Part shown: positions 1 to 11,300 of the stretch, piece after piece
Layout: every line of letters begins with the position of its first letter
Position numbering within the stretch: position 1 is the stretch's first letter
Assembly (NCBI GenBank): GCA_035536995.1
Contig: DATLNB010000047.1
Location: forward strand, 1,047 to 65,046
DNA length: 64,000 nucleotides
From: Chthoniobacterales bacterium
GTDB taxonomy: Bacteria; Verrucomicrobiota; Verrucomicrobiia; Chthoniobacterales; UBA10450
Direction of reading: 5' to 3'
The notes under the pieces: generated by a model
Database searches by the model: none
What the model was told of the DNA's origin: nothing
The model's input: the letters and a program-made list of their open reading frames with translations, nothing else
Position numbers and translations under genes: made by a program

Positions 1-1
1 C

Positions 2-3000
2 ACGGAAGGCCGGCTCGGAGGCCAGGCGGTGGTGAAAGGCGTTGCGGGCACTTGGAAAGACCTCACTGACTCGGTGAATTTCATGGCCGGTAACCTGACC
101 AACCAGGTGCGTGGTATCGCGAAAGTCGTCACGGCGGTCGCGAACGGCGACCTGAAACAGAAGCTCCTGGTCGAAGCGAAAGGGGAGATCGCCGCTCTGG
201 CCGACACGATCAACGGCATGACTGATACGCTCGCCATTTTTGCCGATCAGGTGACGAGCGTGGCGCGCGAAGTGGGCGTGGAAGGAAAACTCGGCGGCCA
301 GGCCAACGTGCCGGGCGCGGCGGGAACCTGGCGCGACCTCACGGACAACGTGAACCAGCTCGCCGGCAATCTTACTTCACAGCTCCGCGCGATCGCGGAC
401 GTCGCGACCGCGGTGACCAAGGGAGACCTGACCCGATCGATCCAGGTCGATGCCCAGGGGGAAGTCGCGTTCGTGAAGGACAACATCAACGAAATGATCC
501 GCAACTTGAAGGACACGACGTTGCGGAACGACGAGCAGGACTGGTTGAAGACGAACCTGGCGAAGTTCACCCGGATGCTGCAGGGCCAGCGCGATCTCTT
601 GACCGTCGGGCGGCTGATCCTGTCAGAGCTGGCACCCGTCGTCTCGGCGCAACAGGGTGTGTTCTACATGATGGACGGTTCGGCCGACGAACCCGAGCTG
701 CGGCTCCTGGCGAGCTATGCTTATCGGGAACGCAAAGGCGTGAACACGCGCTTCAAGCTCGGTGAGGGTTTGGTCGGGCAGGCCGCGCTGGAGAAGGAAC
801 GAATTCTCCTCTCCAAGGTCCCGCCGGATTATATCCAGGTCAGTTCCGGTCTTGGTGAAGCGGCGCCGCGCAACATCGTCGTCCTGCCGATCCTCTTCGA
901 AGGCCAGGTAAAAGCGGTGATGGAATTGTCATCGCTCGAGCAGTTCAATCCCACCCACCACGCGTTTCTCCATCAGCTCACGGAGAGTATCGGAATCGTC
1001 TTGAACACGATCGAGGCGAACACGCGAACGGAGGATCTCCTCAAGCAATCGCAATCCCTGGCATCCGAGCTCCAGAGCCGGCAGGAAGAATTGCAACAGA
1101 CCAACCAGGAGCTGGAGGAAAAAGCGCGGCAGCTCTTCGAGCAAAACGAGGAAGTCGAGCGGAAGAACCGCGAGGTCGAGCAGGCCCGACAGGCGCTCGA
1201 AGGCAAGGCGCAGCAGCTTTCGATCACTTCGCGCTACAAGAGCGAGTTCCTCGCGAACATGTCCCACGAGTTGCGGACGCCGCTCAACAGCCTCCTCATT
1301 CTCGCCGACCAGCTCTCGTCCAATCCGGAGGGGAACCTGACGCCCAAGCAGGTGGAATTCGCGCGCACGATCCGAGGTTCCGGCAAGGATTTGCTCCGCC
1401 TGATCAACGACATTCTCGACCTCTCGAAAATCGAGTCCGGCACGGTCACGCTCGACGTCGGCGAAGTTCGATTCGAAGAAATGCGCCAGACAATGGAGCG
1501 AACCTTCCGGCATGTGGCGGAAGGGAAGGGGGTCACGTTCAAGATCGACATCGATCCGCGAGTACCGGCCGGGGTCCAAACCGATTCGCAACGACTCGAT
1601 CAGGTCTTGAAGAACCTGCTCTCGAATGCCTTCAAGTTTACCGAGCGCGGTTACGTCAATTTGCGGGTGGCGCCCGCGGCGGCCGGCTGGTCGTCTGACA
1701 ATCACAGTCTGAACCGAGCCGACAACGTCCTTGCGTTTGCCGTGAGCGACAGCGGCATCGGCATTCCGCCGGATAAACAAACGACGATTTTCGAAGCGTT
1801 CCAGCAGGCCGATGGCAGCACGAGCCGGAAGTACGGCGGAACGGGTCTCGGCCTGGCCATTAGCCGTGAGCTCGCGCGGGTCCTGGGCGGGGAAATCCGG
1901 GTCGAGAGCTCCGAAGGTCGCGGGAGCACCTTCACGCTCTTTCTGCCGCAGGATTATGCGGCGTCACCGACGGAGCGGGCCGCAGCCCGGGTCTTGTCAC
2001 AATCGACTGGGGCGCAAACAGCAGCGACGCCGCCGCCTCGGCCGCCGGCAGTCGAGTTCACCCTGGCGGATGACCGGTCCAATATCCTGCCTGGTGAGAA
2101 ATCGGTGCTGATTGTCGAAGACGACGGCGATTTCGCGCAGTGGCTGCTCGACCTTGCCCACCAGAATGGGTTCAAGGCCGTGGTTACGCCCCGTGGCAAG
2201 GCGGCGCTCGATTTAGTCCGCGAATTTCTCCCTGCGGCGATCACGCTCGATCTGAGTCTGCCGGACATGGATGGCTGGCACATTCTCAATCATCTCAAAT
2301 CCGATCTCACGACGCGTCATATCCCGGTGTTCGTGATTTCCGCCAGGGACGAGCCCCAAAACGCGTTGCGGCTCGGCGCCATGCGGTTCCTGACCAAGCC
2401 AATTGATGAGATGCAAATCCGGCAGGTGTTTGAAAAAGCCAACCAGATGGACCAAACGAAGGCGAAGAAGCTTCTCGTGGTTGAAGATGATGAAATCCAG
2501 CGGCACAGCATCAGAGACCTGGTTGGTAACGGAACCGCAGTGGTGGTGGAGGCCCAGGATGGCGGAACAGCTCTCGACCGTTTGCGGAACGAGCCGGTCG
2601 ATTGCGTGGTCCTCGATCTCATGCTTCCCGACATGTCGGGCTTTGAGTTGATCGAAAAAATCCGGGAAGAGCACCAGGATCTTCCGATCATTGTTTACAC
2701 GGCCCGCGACCTGACCCAGGAGGAGGAAGAAAAGCTGAATCGGATCGCGCAAACGACAATCGTGAAAACGGTGCGCAGTCCGGAACGGCTGTTCGATCAG
2801 ACAGCGCTCTGGCTGCACCGGGACGCGGCATTGTTACCGCCCGACAAACGCGAGCTGCTCCGGCGTTTGAACGATCCCAACGAAATACTCGCCACCAAGA
2901 AGGTGGTGATCGTTGACGATGATATTCGAAACATCTTCGCCATGACGAGCATGCTCGAGCGCTACAAGATGGATGTGCACTCGGCAGAGACGGGCAAGGC

Positions 3001-3262
3001 CGCGCTGGAGCTGCTCCAGTCGGAACCGAACATCGATCTCGTCCTGATGGACATCATGCTCCCGGAGATGGATGGCTACGAAACCATCCGCGCCATTCGG
3101 AAGATGTATGGATTCGAGGAGCTGCCCATCATCGCCTTGACTGCGAAAGCGATGAAAGGCGATCGCGAAAAATGCATCGATGCCGGCGCGAGCGATTACA
3201 TTTCCAAGCCGGTCGATACCGACCGCCTGCTGACCCTGCTTCGCAACTGGCTCCATCGGTAG
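2..3262 (+). CDS. Hybrid sensor histidine kinase, 5'-truncated by the window edge: tandem HAMP repeats - GAF - coiled coil - HisKA/HATPase - three receiver domains
   Basis: The frame is open from nt 2 ([23 protein letters not shown]), so the listed GTG at 29 is internal. A HAMP-type ~92-aa repeat is seen twice ([25 protein letters not shown] / [25 protein letters not shown]). H-box SHELRTPLN; G-boxes DSGIGIP and [10 protein letters not shown]. Three REC modules ([24 protein letters not shown]). Confidence 0.9.
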   Translation, partial: TEGRLGGQAVVKGVAGTWKDLTDSVNFMAGNLTNQVRGIAKVVTAVANGDLKQKLLVEAKGEIAALADTINGMTDTLAIFADQVTSVAREVGVEGKLGGQANVPGAAGTWRDLTDNVNQLAGNLTSQLRAIADVATAVTKGDLTRSIQVDAQGEVAFVKDNINEMIRNLKDTTLRNDEQDWLKTNLAKFTRMLQGQRDLLTVGRLILSELAPVVSAQQGVFYMMDGSADEPELRLLASYAYRERKGVNTRFKLGEGLVGQAALEKERILLSKVPPDYIQVSSGLGEAAPRNIVVLPILFEGQVKAVMELSSLEQFNPTHHAFLHQLTESIGIVLNTIEANTRTEDLLKQSQSLASELQSRQEELQQTNQELEEKARQLFEQNEEVERKNREVEQARQALEGKAQQLSITSRYKSEFLANMSHELRTPLNSLLILADQLSSNPEGNLTPKQVEFARTIRGSGKDLLRLINDILDLSKIESGTVTLDVGEVRFEEMRQTMERTFRHVAEGKGVTFKIDIDPRVPAGVQTDSQRLDQVLKNLLSNAFKFTERGYVNLRVAPAAAGWSSDNHSLNRADNVLAFAVSDSGIGIPPDKQTTIFEAFQQADGSTSRKYGGTGLGLAISRELARVLGGEIRVESSEGRGSTFTLFLPQDYAASPTERAAARVLSQSTGAQTAATPPPRPPAVEFTLADDRSNILPGEKSVLIVEDDGDFAQWLLDLAHQNGFKAVVTPRGKAALDLVREFLPAAITLDLSLPDMDGWHILNHLKSDLTTRHIPVFVISARDEPQNALRLGAMRFLTKPIDEMQIRQVFEKANQMDQTKAKKLLVVEDDEIQRHSIRDLVGNGTAVVVEAQDGGTALDRLRNEPVDCVVLDLMLPDMSGFELIEKIREEHQDLPIIVYTARDLTQEEEEKLNRIAQTTIVKTVRSPERLFDQTALWLHRDAALLPPDKRELLRRLNDPNEILATKKVVIVDDDIRNIFAMTSMLERYKMDVHSAETGKAALELLQSEPNIDLVLMDIMLPEMDGYETIRAIRKMYGFEELPIIALTAKAMKGDREKCIDAGASDYISKPVDTDRLLTLLRNWLHR

Positions 3263-3265
3263 CTC

Positions 3266-5431
3266 ATGGCTGAGAATCCCAGCACGAAGGAGCCGGCCGA
3301 GGAAAAGGTCTGTATCCTGATCGTTGACGATCGGCAGGACAAGATGCTGGCCTACGAGGCGATCCTCGGCGACCTGCAAGAGAATATTGTCTGCGCTCGC
3401 TCGGGTAAGGAAGCGTTACGATGTCTTCTTAAGCAGGACTTTGCCGTCATTCTCCTCGACGTGAACATGCCGGTGATGGACGGGTTCGAAACCGCATCCC
3501 TCATTCGGCAGCGAGCGCGCTCCCAAACCACGCCGATCATTTTTATCAGCGCGGTTAACGATACCGAAACCCACGTCTCGCGCGGCTATTCGCTCGGGGC
3601 GGTCGATTACATCCTGACTCCCGTCGTCCCGGAAATCCTCCGCGCCAAGATTGCGGTATTCGTGGACCTGTTCAGAAAGACCGAGCAGGTAAAGCGGCAG
3701 GCCGAAGAACGCGAGAAACTGATCCGAGAACAAGCGGCGCGCGCGGAAGCGGAAGCGCGCCAGGAACGGCTCGCCTTCCTGGCCGATGCGAGCAATGTCC
3801 TGGCGAGCTCGCTGGATTATGATGAAACCCTGAGCAACCTGGCGAGTCTGGTCGTGCCGCGTGTCGCCGATTTTTGTCTCGTTCACGCCACCGAAGAGGA
3901 AGGCGGGATGCGGCAGGTTGCGCTGGCCTATCGCAATCCCACGGATGATCCAGTCCTGCAGAAGCTCATCGCGGAATTTCCTTCGAGCCCGGCCGCACAA
4001 AAGGGCGGAGCGCATGTCGTTAAAACAGGTCGCTCCAGAATGGTTTGCGACGTTTGCAACGGCGAGCTCCGGGAAGTTTTCGAGGAGAAAGCAGATCGGG
4101 ACTTCATCCGCTCGTTCGCGGCGAAATCATTTATCGCGGTCCCGCTTCGAGCGCAGGAGCGCATTCTCGGGGCTATCGTCATGATCAATACCGGCACGGG
4201 CCGGGATTGCGGGACCGAGGAGTTGTCCTTGGCGGAAGAGCTGGCCCATCGCGCCGCGCTCGCCCTGGAGAACGCGCGCCTTTACAAATCCGCTCAGAAG
4301 GCTCGGGCCGAGTCCGAACGGGCCAACCGGGCGAAGGATTCCTTCCTGGCCATGCTCAGCCATGAGCTGCGAACCCCGCTCACGCCCGTGCTCACTTCGG
4401 TGCTCCAGCTCGAACAGGCGCAAAATCTGCCGGACGAAATTCGCGGCGCCCTGCAAATGATCCGCCGAAACGTGGAACTGGAGGCCCGCCTCATCGATGA
4501 CCTGCTCGACCTGACCCGGATCAGCAAGGGCAAGGTCCAGCTCAGCATCGAGGAAGTGAATGCGCATACCCTCCTTCAAAACGCGCTCGAGATTTGCCAG
4601 GCGGATATTGAAAAGAAGCATCTGGCGCTGGGCACGGAGTTCATGGCCGAAAAAGTTTCACTCGAAGCCGACCCAGCTCGGCTCCAGCAGATTTTTTGGA
4701 ACCTGATCAAGAACGCGGTGAAGTTCACGCCGGAAGGCGGCCAGCTCAAGGTCCGGACTCAGAATCTGGACGGCCAACTGCAGGTGGAAGTTTCCGACAA
4801 CGGTATCGGCATTGACGCCGAAACGTTGCCGAAGATTTTCAATGCCTTCGAGCAGGGTGAGCGCGGGCAGCTGGGAGGCCTTGGTCTGGGCCTCGCGATC
4901 AGCAAAGCCCTCGTAGAAACCCACAGCGGGAAACTGACTGCGGCCAGTGACGGACCGGACAAAGGCGCGACGTTCACGGCAACATTCCCGATGGTGAACG
5001 CTTTGACTGAGTCGCGCGGCCGCGCTGTGGCCCCGCCTGCCGGCGAACGAAAGGCGCTGCGGGTTTTGCTGGTCGAAGACCATGAAGACACGAACCGGTC
5101 GCTGACCCAATTATTGCGCCGGCGCGGGTATCACGTTCAACCTGCCCATTCGGTTCAATCGGCTGTTGAAGCGGCCGCGCAGGGGGCCTTTGACGTTCTC
5201 GTCAGCGACATCGGTTTACCCGACGGGAGTGGGATTGACCTCATGCAAAAGATCAATCCGGAGCATCGCCTGTTCGGTATTGCTCTCACCGGATTTGGAA
5301 TGGAAGACGATGTCCGGCGCAGCCAGGCGGTCGGCTTCCATCATCACCTGGTGAAACCGGTCGATTTGAATCGGCTCGATGCCCTGATCCAGGAGGCTCA
5401 GCCAATTGTCGAACCAGCCGTGGCTGATTAA
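3266..5431 (+). CDS. Hybrid histidine kinase: receiver - GAF - HisKA/HATPase - receiver
   Basis: N-terminal REC (ILLDVNMPVMDG); central GAF-like region; H-box [10 protein letters not shown]; NLIKNAVKFT, DNGIGID, GLGLGLAISK; C-terminal REC (VLVSDIGLPDGSG). Starts 4 nt after the upstream kinase stop. Confidence 0.9.
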   Translation: MAENPSTKEPAEEKVCILIVDDRQDKMLAYEAILGDLQENIVCARSGKEALRCLLKQDFAVILLDVNMPVMDGFETASLIRQRARSQTTPIIFISAVNDTETHVSRGYSLGAVDYILTPVVPEILRAKIAVFVDLFRKTEQVKRQAEEREKLIREQAARAEAEARQERLAFLADASNVLASSLDYDETLSNLASLVVPRVADFCLVHATEEEGGMRQVALAYRNPTDDPVLQKLIAEFPSSPAAQKGGAHVVKTGRSRMVCDVCNGELREVFEEKADRDFIRSFAAKSFIAVPLRAQERILGAIVMINTGTGRDCGTEELSLAEELAHRAALALENARLYKSAQKARAESERANRAKDSFLAMLSHELRTPLTPVLTSVLQLEQAQNLPDEIRGALQMIRRNVELEARLIDDLLDLTRISKGKVQLSIEEVNAHTLLQNALEICQADIEKKHLALGTEFMAEKVSLEADPARLQQIFWNLIKNAVKFTPEGGQLKVRTQNLDGQLQVEVSDNGIGIDAETLPKIFNAFEQGERGQLGGLGLGLAISKALVETHSGKLTAASDGPDKGATFTATFPMVNALTESRGRAVAPPAGERKALRVLLVEDHEDTNRSLTQLLRRRGYHVQPAHSVQSAVEAAAQGAFDVLVSDIGLPDGSGIDLMQKINPEHRLFGIALTGFGMEDDVRRSQAVGFHHHLVKPVDLNRLDALIQEAQPIVEPAVAD

Positions 5432-5475
5432 ACGTCGCGGTCTCAAGGCCAGCCGCGCGATTTCTGATATTCTGC

Positions 5476-6189
5476 GTGCAATTGAGGCGCGTTTTCGCGT
5501 TTATTCTCGGCGCTGTGCGAATCCAACGGACTGCATTCTTGTTTTTGGCACTGGGGGCGACGACGACGCTCGTCCCCGCGGCGGATACATTTAACGAGGA
5601 GAAACCGCACGCGCGATTTTGCCTCTCCCTTTTCGATCCAGGTCCGCCCGAAAAAGAGGAGGCGTTCCAGATCACCGCGGCCGCAGGTCCGGGGAAAGTC
5701 GTCCGCGCCTACGTCGATGCGAGTGAGACGTGCACAGTGCTTCTGGCCGCGATGACGCGGGACGGAAAGCTCGCGAATGGCTGGCGGCCACAGCTGGCCG
5801 AGGTGCCGGCAGAGTTTGAAGAAATTCTGTTGCCGAAAGCGCCGGTGAAGTGGGACTGGACAAGCTCGAGCAGTCCTTTTGACGTCTACGTGCTGGTCCT
5901 GGCTCCGGGCAGCAAGGAGACCGAGGAGGCGAAGAAGCTGGTGGACGCGATGCAGAACCCCAAGGTGGACGACCGTGTGCTCGCGCTTCAGACCGGGAAG
6001 CTCAAGGAATTGATCGGCCGGCTGGCTGGTGACCGGGGGAAAAACGCTGGACCGGCGGCCGAACCCGAAGTCGGCGGAGTATTCCGCGGGGCCGCTTTCC
6101 CGTGGCGACAGTTTGCGCAGGGCGTGAACTTTTCGCCCGATCGTCCGGGAGTCCTGATCGTTTCCACCGACAAGGCTGATAAAAAATGA
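5476..6189 (+). CDS. Secreted hypothetical protein (tentatively DUF4384-like), first gene of the CHASE2/CHAT operon
   Basis: GTG start; signal-like hydrophobic N-terminus (AFLFLALGATTTLVPAAD). Its stop overlaps the next start (ATGA at 6186-6189). The family assignment is from memory and tentative. Confidence 0.55.
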   Translation: MQLRRVFAFILGAVRIQRTAFLFLALGATTTLVPAADTFNEEKPHARFCLSLFDPGPPEKEEAFQITAAAGPGKVVRAYVDASETCTVLLAAMTRDGKLANGWRPQLAEVPAEFEEILLPKAPVKWDWTSSSSPFDVYVLVLAPGSKETEEAKKLVDAMQNPKVDDRVLALQTGKLKELIGRLAGDRGKNAGPAAEPEVGGVFRGAAFPWRQFAQGVNFSPDRPGVLIVSTDKADKK

Positions 6190-8294
6190 TGGCCGGCAGT
6201 TCGCCCGGCCCGAATTCCGTCCGCGAACAAATCTGGCTGCGCTCGCCGTGGCCTCTGCTCGTGGTGATCTGCGCGGCAGCCGCTCTCTGGACGGCGGTCG
6301 CGGGGAATCCGTTCGAGAGCGTGGAGATGCGGTGGTTCGGGCAGGTCCTGCGGTGGCGCTACGAGCGCGGCCTCGCGCCGCCGGCTGACCCAGGCCTTGT
6401 CCACGTCGACATTACGCAGGCCGATCTGCGCAAGGTGCCGACCCTGGAATTAGAATATCAGAACGCGGCAAACATTATCCGGCAGGCGTTCGAGCTCGGG
6501 GCAAAGGTCGTTGCTTTCGACGTCGTTTTCGGACGGGGCAACGAAGCAATGGCGGGCCCGATTCTAAAAGAAATTGAAGCGAGTAAAACGCAAAGCCGCT
6601 CTGTTATTCTCGCGGAAGCGCTTTTGCCGGGCCCTGAGAGCGGAGAAGAACGGGTCCGCTCGTTCCCCTTTCGAGAACGGGTTGTGCCGGCCGGCCTCAT
6701 CAACGTTCGCGCGGATGGCGATGGTGTGCTGCGACGTTACGATTATGTGCATCGCAACGGTGCCGGCGAAACCGAGCCGTCGCTTGCCCTGGCCTGTTAC
6801 CTTGCATGGCGCGATATCGCGTGGCCCGGCGGCGTGACATTCCCGGCGCAGGGCGTCGCTCGCTGGGAAGAACTGTCGAGTGATTTTACAAGTGTCGAGC
6901 CACGAGAGCTCAAGCTCGAGACCGTGTTATTGAACTACCGGAGCCCATGGACCGGTCAGGGACCTGCGGCCTTTCGGCACTATAACGTGGCTCAGCTTGA
7001 AGCTCTGCATGCGACTAGCCGGGCGAACGGGACCCAGCCCCTCACTAATGCGATTGTCATTGTGTCTTACTACGGCGCTGGGCTCGGCGACATGGGGACC
7101 ACTTCGATCGCTCCGAATCAACCTCGCGTGGTGCTTCATTCCACCGCGCTAAACGATTTGATCCAGCGCTCCTGGCTAAAGCGAACGCCGCGCTGGCTGG
7201 ATGCGCTCGCCATTATCGGACTGATCATGCTTGGGGCGGTGGCGGCCTTTATTCGCGGGACGGTTCCTCTGCTCTTGTTCTGGTTCGCCGGCGTTGCGGT
7301 GTGCTGCGGGCTCAGCATTTGGTTCATTTTGAAAACGGGCTGGGTACCTGGGCTGATGAGCACGGGCATCATCTGGAGCCTGTTGACCTTCGTGGAGCTG
7401 GGCCGAAGGCAAAGCCACGAGTTCATCCAGCGGCTCAAGCTTCGGTCGACGATGAGCCTCTATTTTTCCCCCCACATCATGGAGCAGGTCCTGAAGAACC
7501 CGGGCTCGATGGAACCGCAGCAGGCTGAGATCACCGTTCTCCTGACCGATTTGCGCAACTCGACCCCGATCGCGGAGCTGCTCGGTCCTCCCGGTATGTT
7601 CCGCCTGCTCAATCAGGTGTTCGAGACCCAGACGCAGGCCATCCTTGCGGAAGACGGCAGCATGGAACATTTCCTTGGCGACCAATTCCTGAGTTATTGG
7701 GGTGCGCCGCAGGCACAGGTCGACGCGGCCGACCGCGCTTACCGTGCGGCTCTGAGTCTGATTTCAGGGATGGAAGCCCTGCAGGGCAATCTTGAGCCAA
7801 ATCTGAAGGCTTTGTTCGGATATGGGGTTGCCTTGCATAGCGGAAGCGCGCTTATCGGGAACAAAGGATCGGCGCAGCGTCTGGACTACGGTTTGGTCGG
7901 CGACCTGATCAACGCGGCCGCGCGCGTGGAGTCGCTCACGAAATACTACGGCGTTCTTTTCCTGATGACGCGCGAAGCGTTTACCCGGCTTTCCCAACCG
8001 CCTTCCTTTCGCGTCATCGACAGAGCAGTGGTGAAGGGAACGTCCCAGCCGCTCGAGTTGATCGAGGTGAAGCATCCCTTCAGTCCCGCGAAGTTCGACG
8101 ACATTGCCGACCGGTACCGGAATGCTTTTGCCGAATACGAGCGCGGCGATTTTGAACAGGCCCAGCGTCTGTTCTCGGACCTGGCTGAGGAAGAACGAGA
8201 CAAACCGAGCGCACTTATGGCAGAACGATGCCGGGAGCTGGCAGAAACGCGGCCATCCGACTGGCGCGGCGTTTATCACCTGACAGCCAAGTAG
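6186..8294 (+). CDS. CHASE2 sensor domain - class III adenylate/guanylate cyclase
   Basis: N-terminal TM, a ~300-aa periplasmic region, then a 3-TM block (LDALAIIGLIMLGAVAAF...GIIWSLLTFV). Cyclase motifs follow: VLLTDLRNST, FLGDQFLSYWGAP, GVALHSGSALIGNKGS, GDLINAAARVES. Confidence 0.85.
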   Translation: MMAGSSPGPNSVREQIWLRSPWPLLVVICAAAALWTAVAGNPFESVEMRWFGQVLRWRYERGLAPPADPGLVHVDITQADLRKVPTLELEYQNAANIIRQAFELGAKVVAFDVVFGRGNEAMAGPILKEIEASKTQSRSVILAEALLPGPESGEERVRSFPFRERVVPAGLINVRADGDGVLRRYDYVHRNGAGETEPSLALACYLAWRDIAWPGGVTFPAQGVARWEELSSDFTSVEPRELKLETVLLNYRSPWTGQGPAAFRHYNVAQLEALHATSRANGTQPLTNAIVIVSYYGAGLGDMGTTSIAPNQPRVVLHSTALNDLIQRSWLKRTPRWLDALAIIGLIMLGAVAAFIRGTVPLLLFWFAGVAVCCGLSIWFILKTGWVPGLMSTGIIWSLLTFVELGRRQSHEFIQRLKLRSTMSLYFSPHIMEQVLKNPGSMEPQQAEITVLLTDLRNSTPIAELLGPPGMFRLLNQVFETQTQAILAEDGSMEHFLGDQFLSYWGAPQAQVDAADRAYRAALSLISGMEALQGNLEPNLKALFGYGVALHSGSALIGNKGSAQRLDYGLVGDLINAAARVESLTKYYGVLFLMTREAFTRLSQPPSFRVIDRAVVKGTSQPLELIEVKHPFSPAKFDDIADRYRNAFAEYERGDFEQAQRLFSDLAEEERDKPSALMAERCRELAETRPSDWRGVYHLTAK

Positions 8295-8334
8295 ATTTGC
8301 AAACGTCCTTAACTCTCGCCGTCTTAACGTCACG

Positions 8335-11300
8335 ATGAAATCCGCCTCTCGATTTATCAGTCTTCTTATATTCCTTGTTCTGTCGGCCAGGCCCGAGGCT
8401 GGCGCGCAGGAAGCGAGTCCAACCCCGAAGCTTGGGCGAGCGGAACTGGAAGCGCAGTTCAAGAAGGTTGAGGCCGAGCGAACGGCTGCGAAGCCAAATA
8501 CCAAGGAACGGGCCGATGCCGCAAACACGGCCATGCAGGCAGCGTCCGACATCGCCTGGATTGCTTTCGACGACGGGAAGTTCGACGAAGCGGCTACCTG
8601 GTTCGCGACCAGCGCAACCTTAAAAGAAGATAACGAGGCAAATGCGCGGGGTTATTGGGACGAATACCTGCGGACGACTGCCCTGGAGCTCGACGGGAAG
8701 GTCGATGAGCGAATAAAGACCGACCGTGAGCAGTTGAAAACGGCGGAAGAGGCAAAGAAACCGATGCTGCTGAAGCTGATTCACGGGTGGGAGAAGCTTC
8801 GTTATCTCAACCGCTACAACGCGGTAACGATGCTCCAACAGATCGCGCGGGAGAACAACAATGCCGCAGACCTCCTGAAATATTACGAGCAAGAGCTCGC
8901 GATCAGGCGTGCGGAGATGTCTTATCTGGAAAAGGCGAAGGCTCCCGAGGCTGAGCTGGTTGAGAAGACCGCACACCTCGCAACCGCCCTGGAGCGGGTG
9001 GCGAGCGCGGAGGCAGACCTCGCGCTCTTCGAACAGGCGGAGAAGCACGCGCTGGAAGCATTGAGTCTGCGACGCGGGCTGCCGGAGGAGATGGCTGAGC
9101 GAAAACTGGATGAGAGTCTCACCGCCCTGGCACGCATGTACGCTTACAACGTGGGCGACTTGAGAAAAGCCCGCGATTACTTTCAGCAATCCTTAACCAG
9201 CATTGAGACCTCGGCCGCAGTGCGAAAGAAGGCTCTGGAGGAAGACCGGTTCTACACGGCGGAGCAAAAGGCCGCGATGAGCAAGGAGGAGCTGGCAAAG
9301 CATGAAGAATCCCGGGCCCAGACGCGCGACATGAAGATCGCGTTGGACGCCATGTCGCTTGCGATGGCTTTGGTCAATCTGGGCGAGATCAGCCAGGAGG
9401 ATGGGGATTTCAAGGGAGCGGCTTCCTACTACGAGAAAGCGCTAAAGGTGGGGACAGAGTTGCCGCAGGGCGGTTTCATGAATGTCTTCGAAATGTTTCG
9501 GGCCCGAATTCGGGCGCGAGTCCTGGGCGACCTGGCCTCGCTCCACGCCGAGAGCGGCGAAGTAGAGCTGGCGTTAAAGGAGCTCAATGAAACTATCTCG
9601 CTCAAGCGGAGCATCGGCCAGGACGATTGGACCGCGCAGTCAATGATCCAGGCGGCCGACCTCGCGAATAATAAGGGCGATATCGCCAATGCCCGCCGTC
9701 TCGTCGAACAGGCGCGGCAAATTTTTGCCGCTGCTCATAAGCTGAACAATGTCGTCCAGGCAACCGGATTCCTGGCCATCATTGCGCGGGACGAAGAGAA
9801 ACTAGATGAAGCGGCCAGGTATGCCGAAGAAGCGCTTCTGCTCGCCCGGAAGACGGGGAACCTTGGCGCTCTAAGCGGGGCCGCCCGAACCTTCGCGTCT
9901 ATTCGAGTAAAGCAGAACAAACTCGCTGAAGCGAAGGCCTTGATAGATGAAGCCCAGGCCGCGGATGCCCGGACGGGGTCAGTCAACGACCGGATCGGCA
10001 GCCTGGGAATTGCCGGGGAGGTCCTGGAAGCTCAGGGAGAAAACGAGAAGGCCCTCGAGGCTTACAAAGAGGCTGTTAAACTAGTGGAGACGGTTCGCGC
10101 GACCGTTGCATCGGAAAGTGCGTTTGCCGATGTGAAACGCAACTACCGCCCGTACGAGAGGATCGTTCGAGCGTTGATCAAGCTAAACAGGGTGGACGAG
10201 GCCTTTGATTATCTCAACCGGGCTAAGTCGAAAAAGCTTCAGGATTCGCTTCGGCTTTCGAGCGTCAAGACGGGCGATAAGGCCATGCAGGCCCTGTTGG
10301 ATCGAGCTACCGGCCTCGAAACCAAGCTTCAGGCTACGACAGCCCAGCTTCAAACCGAGCAGGCGAAGCCAGAGGGCGACCGGGACAAGGCGCGGATCGA
10401 GAACCTCAAGCAGGTGGTCGCTTCTACTCAAGGCGAGTTCCGCAAAGTCGTAGAACAGATCAAGAGCTCGAACCCGAACTACGAAAAGTTCATGACGGTT
10501 AATCCCAAGGCTTTAAAGGAGACGCAGCGGAGCATTCCGCCTGGAACGATGCTGGTGCAGTACGCGCCCCTCGGGGAGCAGCTCTACGTTTTTCTGGTTA
10601 GCAAAGAGAGCATCAAAATCGTGATTTCTCCAGCCCAGCCAGAGGAGCTCTGGAAAAAGATAAAGACGGTCCGTAAGCAAATCACGAGCGGCGAATCGGC
10701 TGGTCCCTTGAACAAGAACCTGACCGCGCTCTACGACGCGTTGATAGCTCCCATCGAATCAGACCTGGAGACAATAAAGGTTATCGCCTTTATCCCGAAC
10801 CAGCTTCTTTTCTATCTGCCAATGCAGGCGCTGGCGAAAAAGCAGCCGGACGGATCGACGCGTTACCTGATCGAAGACAAGCAGATTGTCTATTTAACCG
10901 CGGCTGACGTCATGAAGGTTGTGCAACCTCCCGATGACGAGAAATCGCCCGGTGGGATGGTGGCTTTTGGTAATCCTGCCGGCGCAAACCTGCCCGCCGC
11001 TGAAATAGAAGTAAAGGCGATTGCCGAGGTATTTCCATCTACCGAAGTGCTCGCAGGCCCGCAGGTAACCAAGGCTGCGGTTCACGCCGAGCAGCGGCTG
11101 AACAAAAGGATCGTTCATTTCGCTACCCATGGAATCCTCAACGCAACCGCGCCCTCCGAGAGCTATATCCAACTGGCGGCCTCCGCAGGCCCTTCTGAAG
11201 GGCATTTGACTGTCGGTGAAGTGTGGGATCTGCCTCTGAAGAAGGTCACGTTGGTAACCCTATCTGCCTGTGAGTCAGCCTTGGGGGATAAGGAGCCCGA

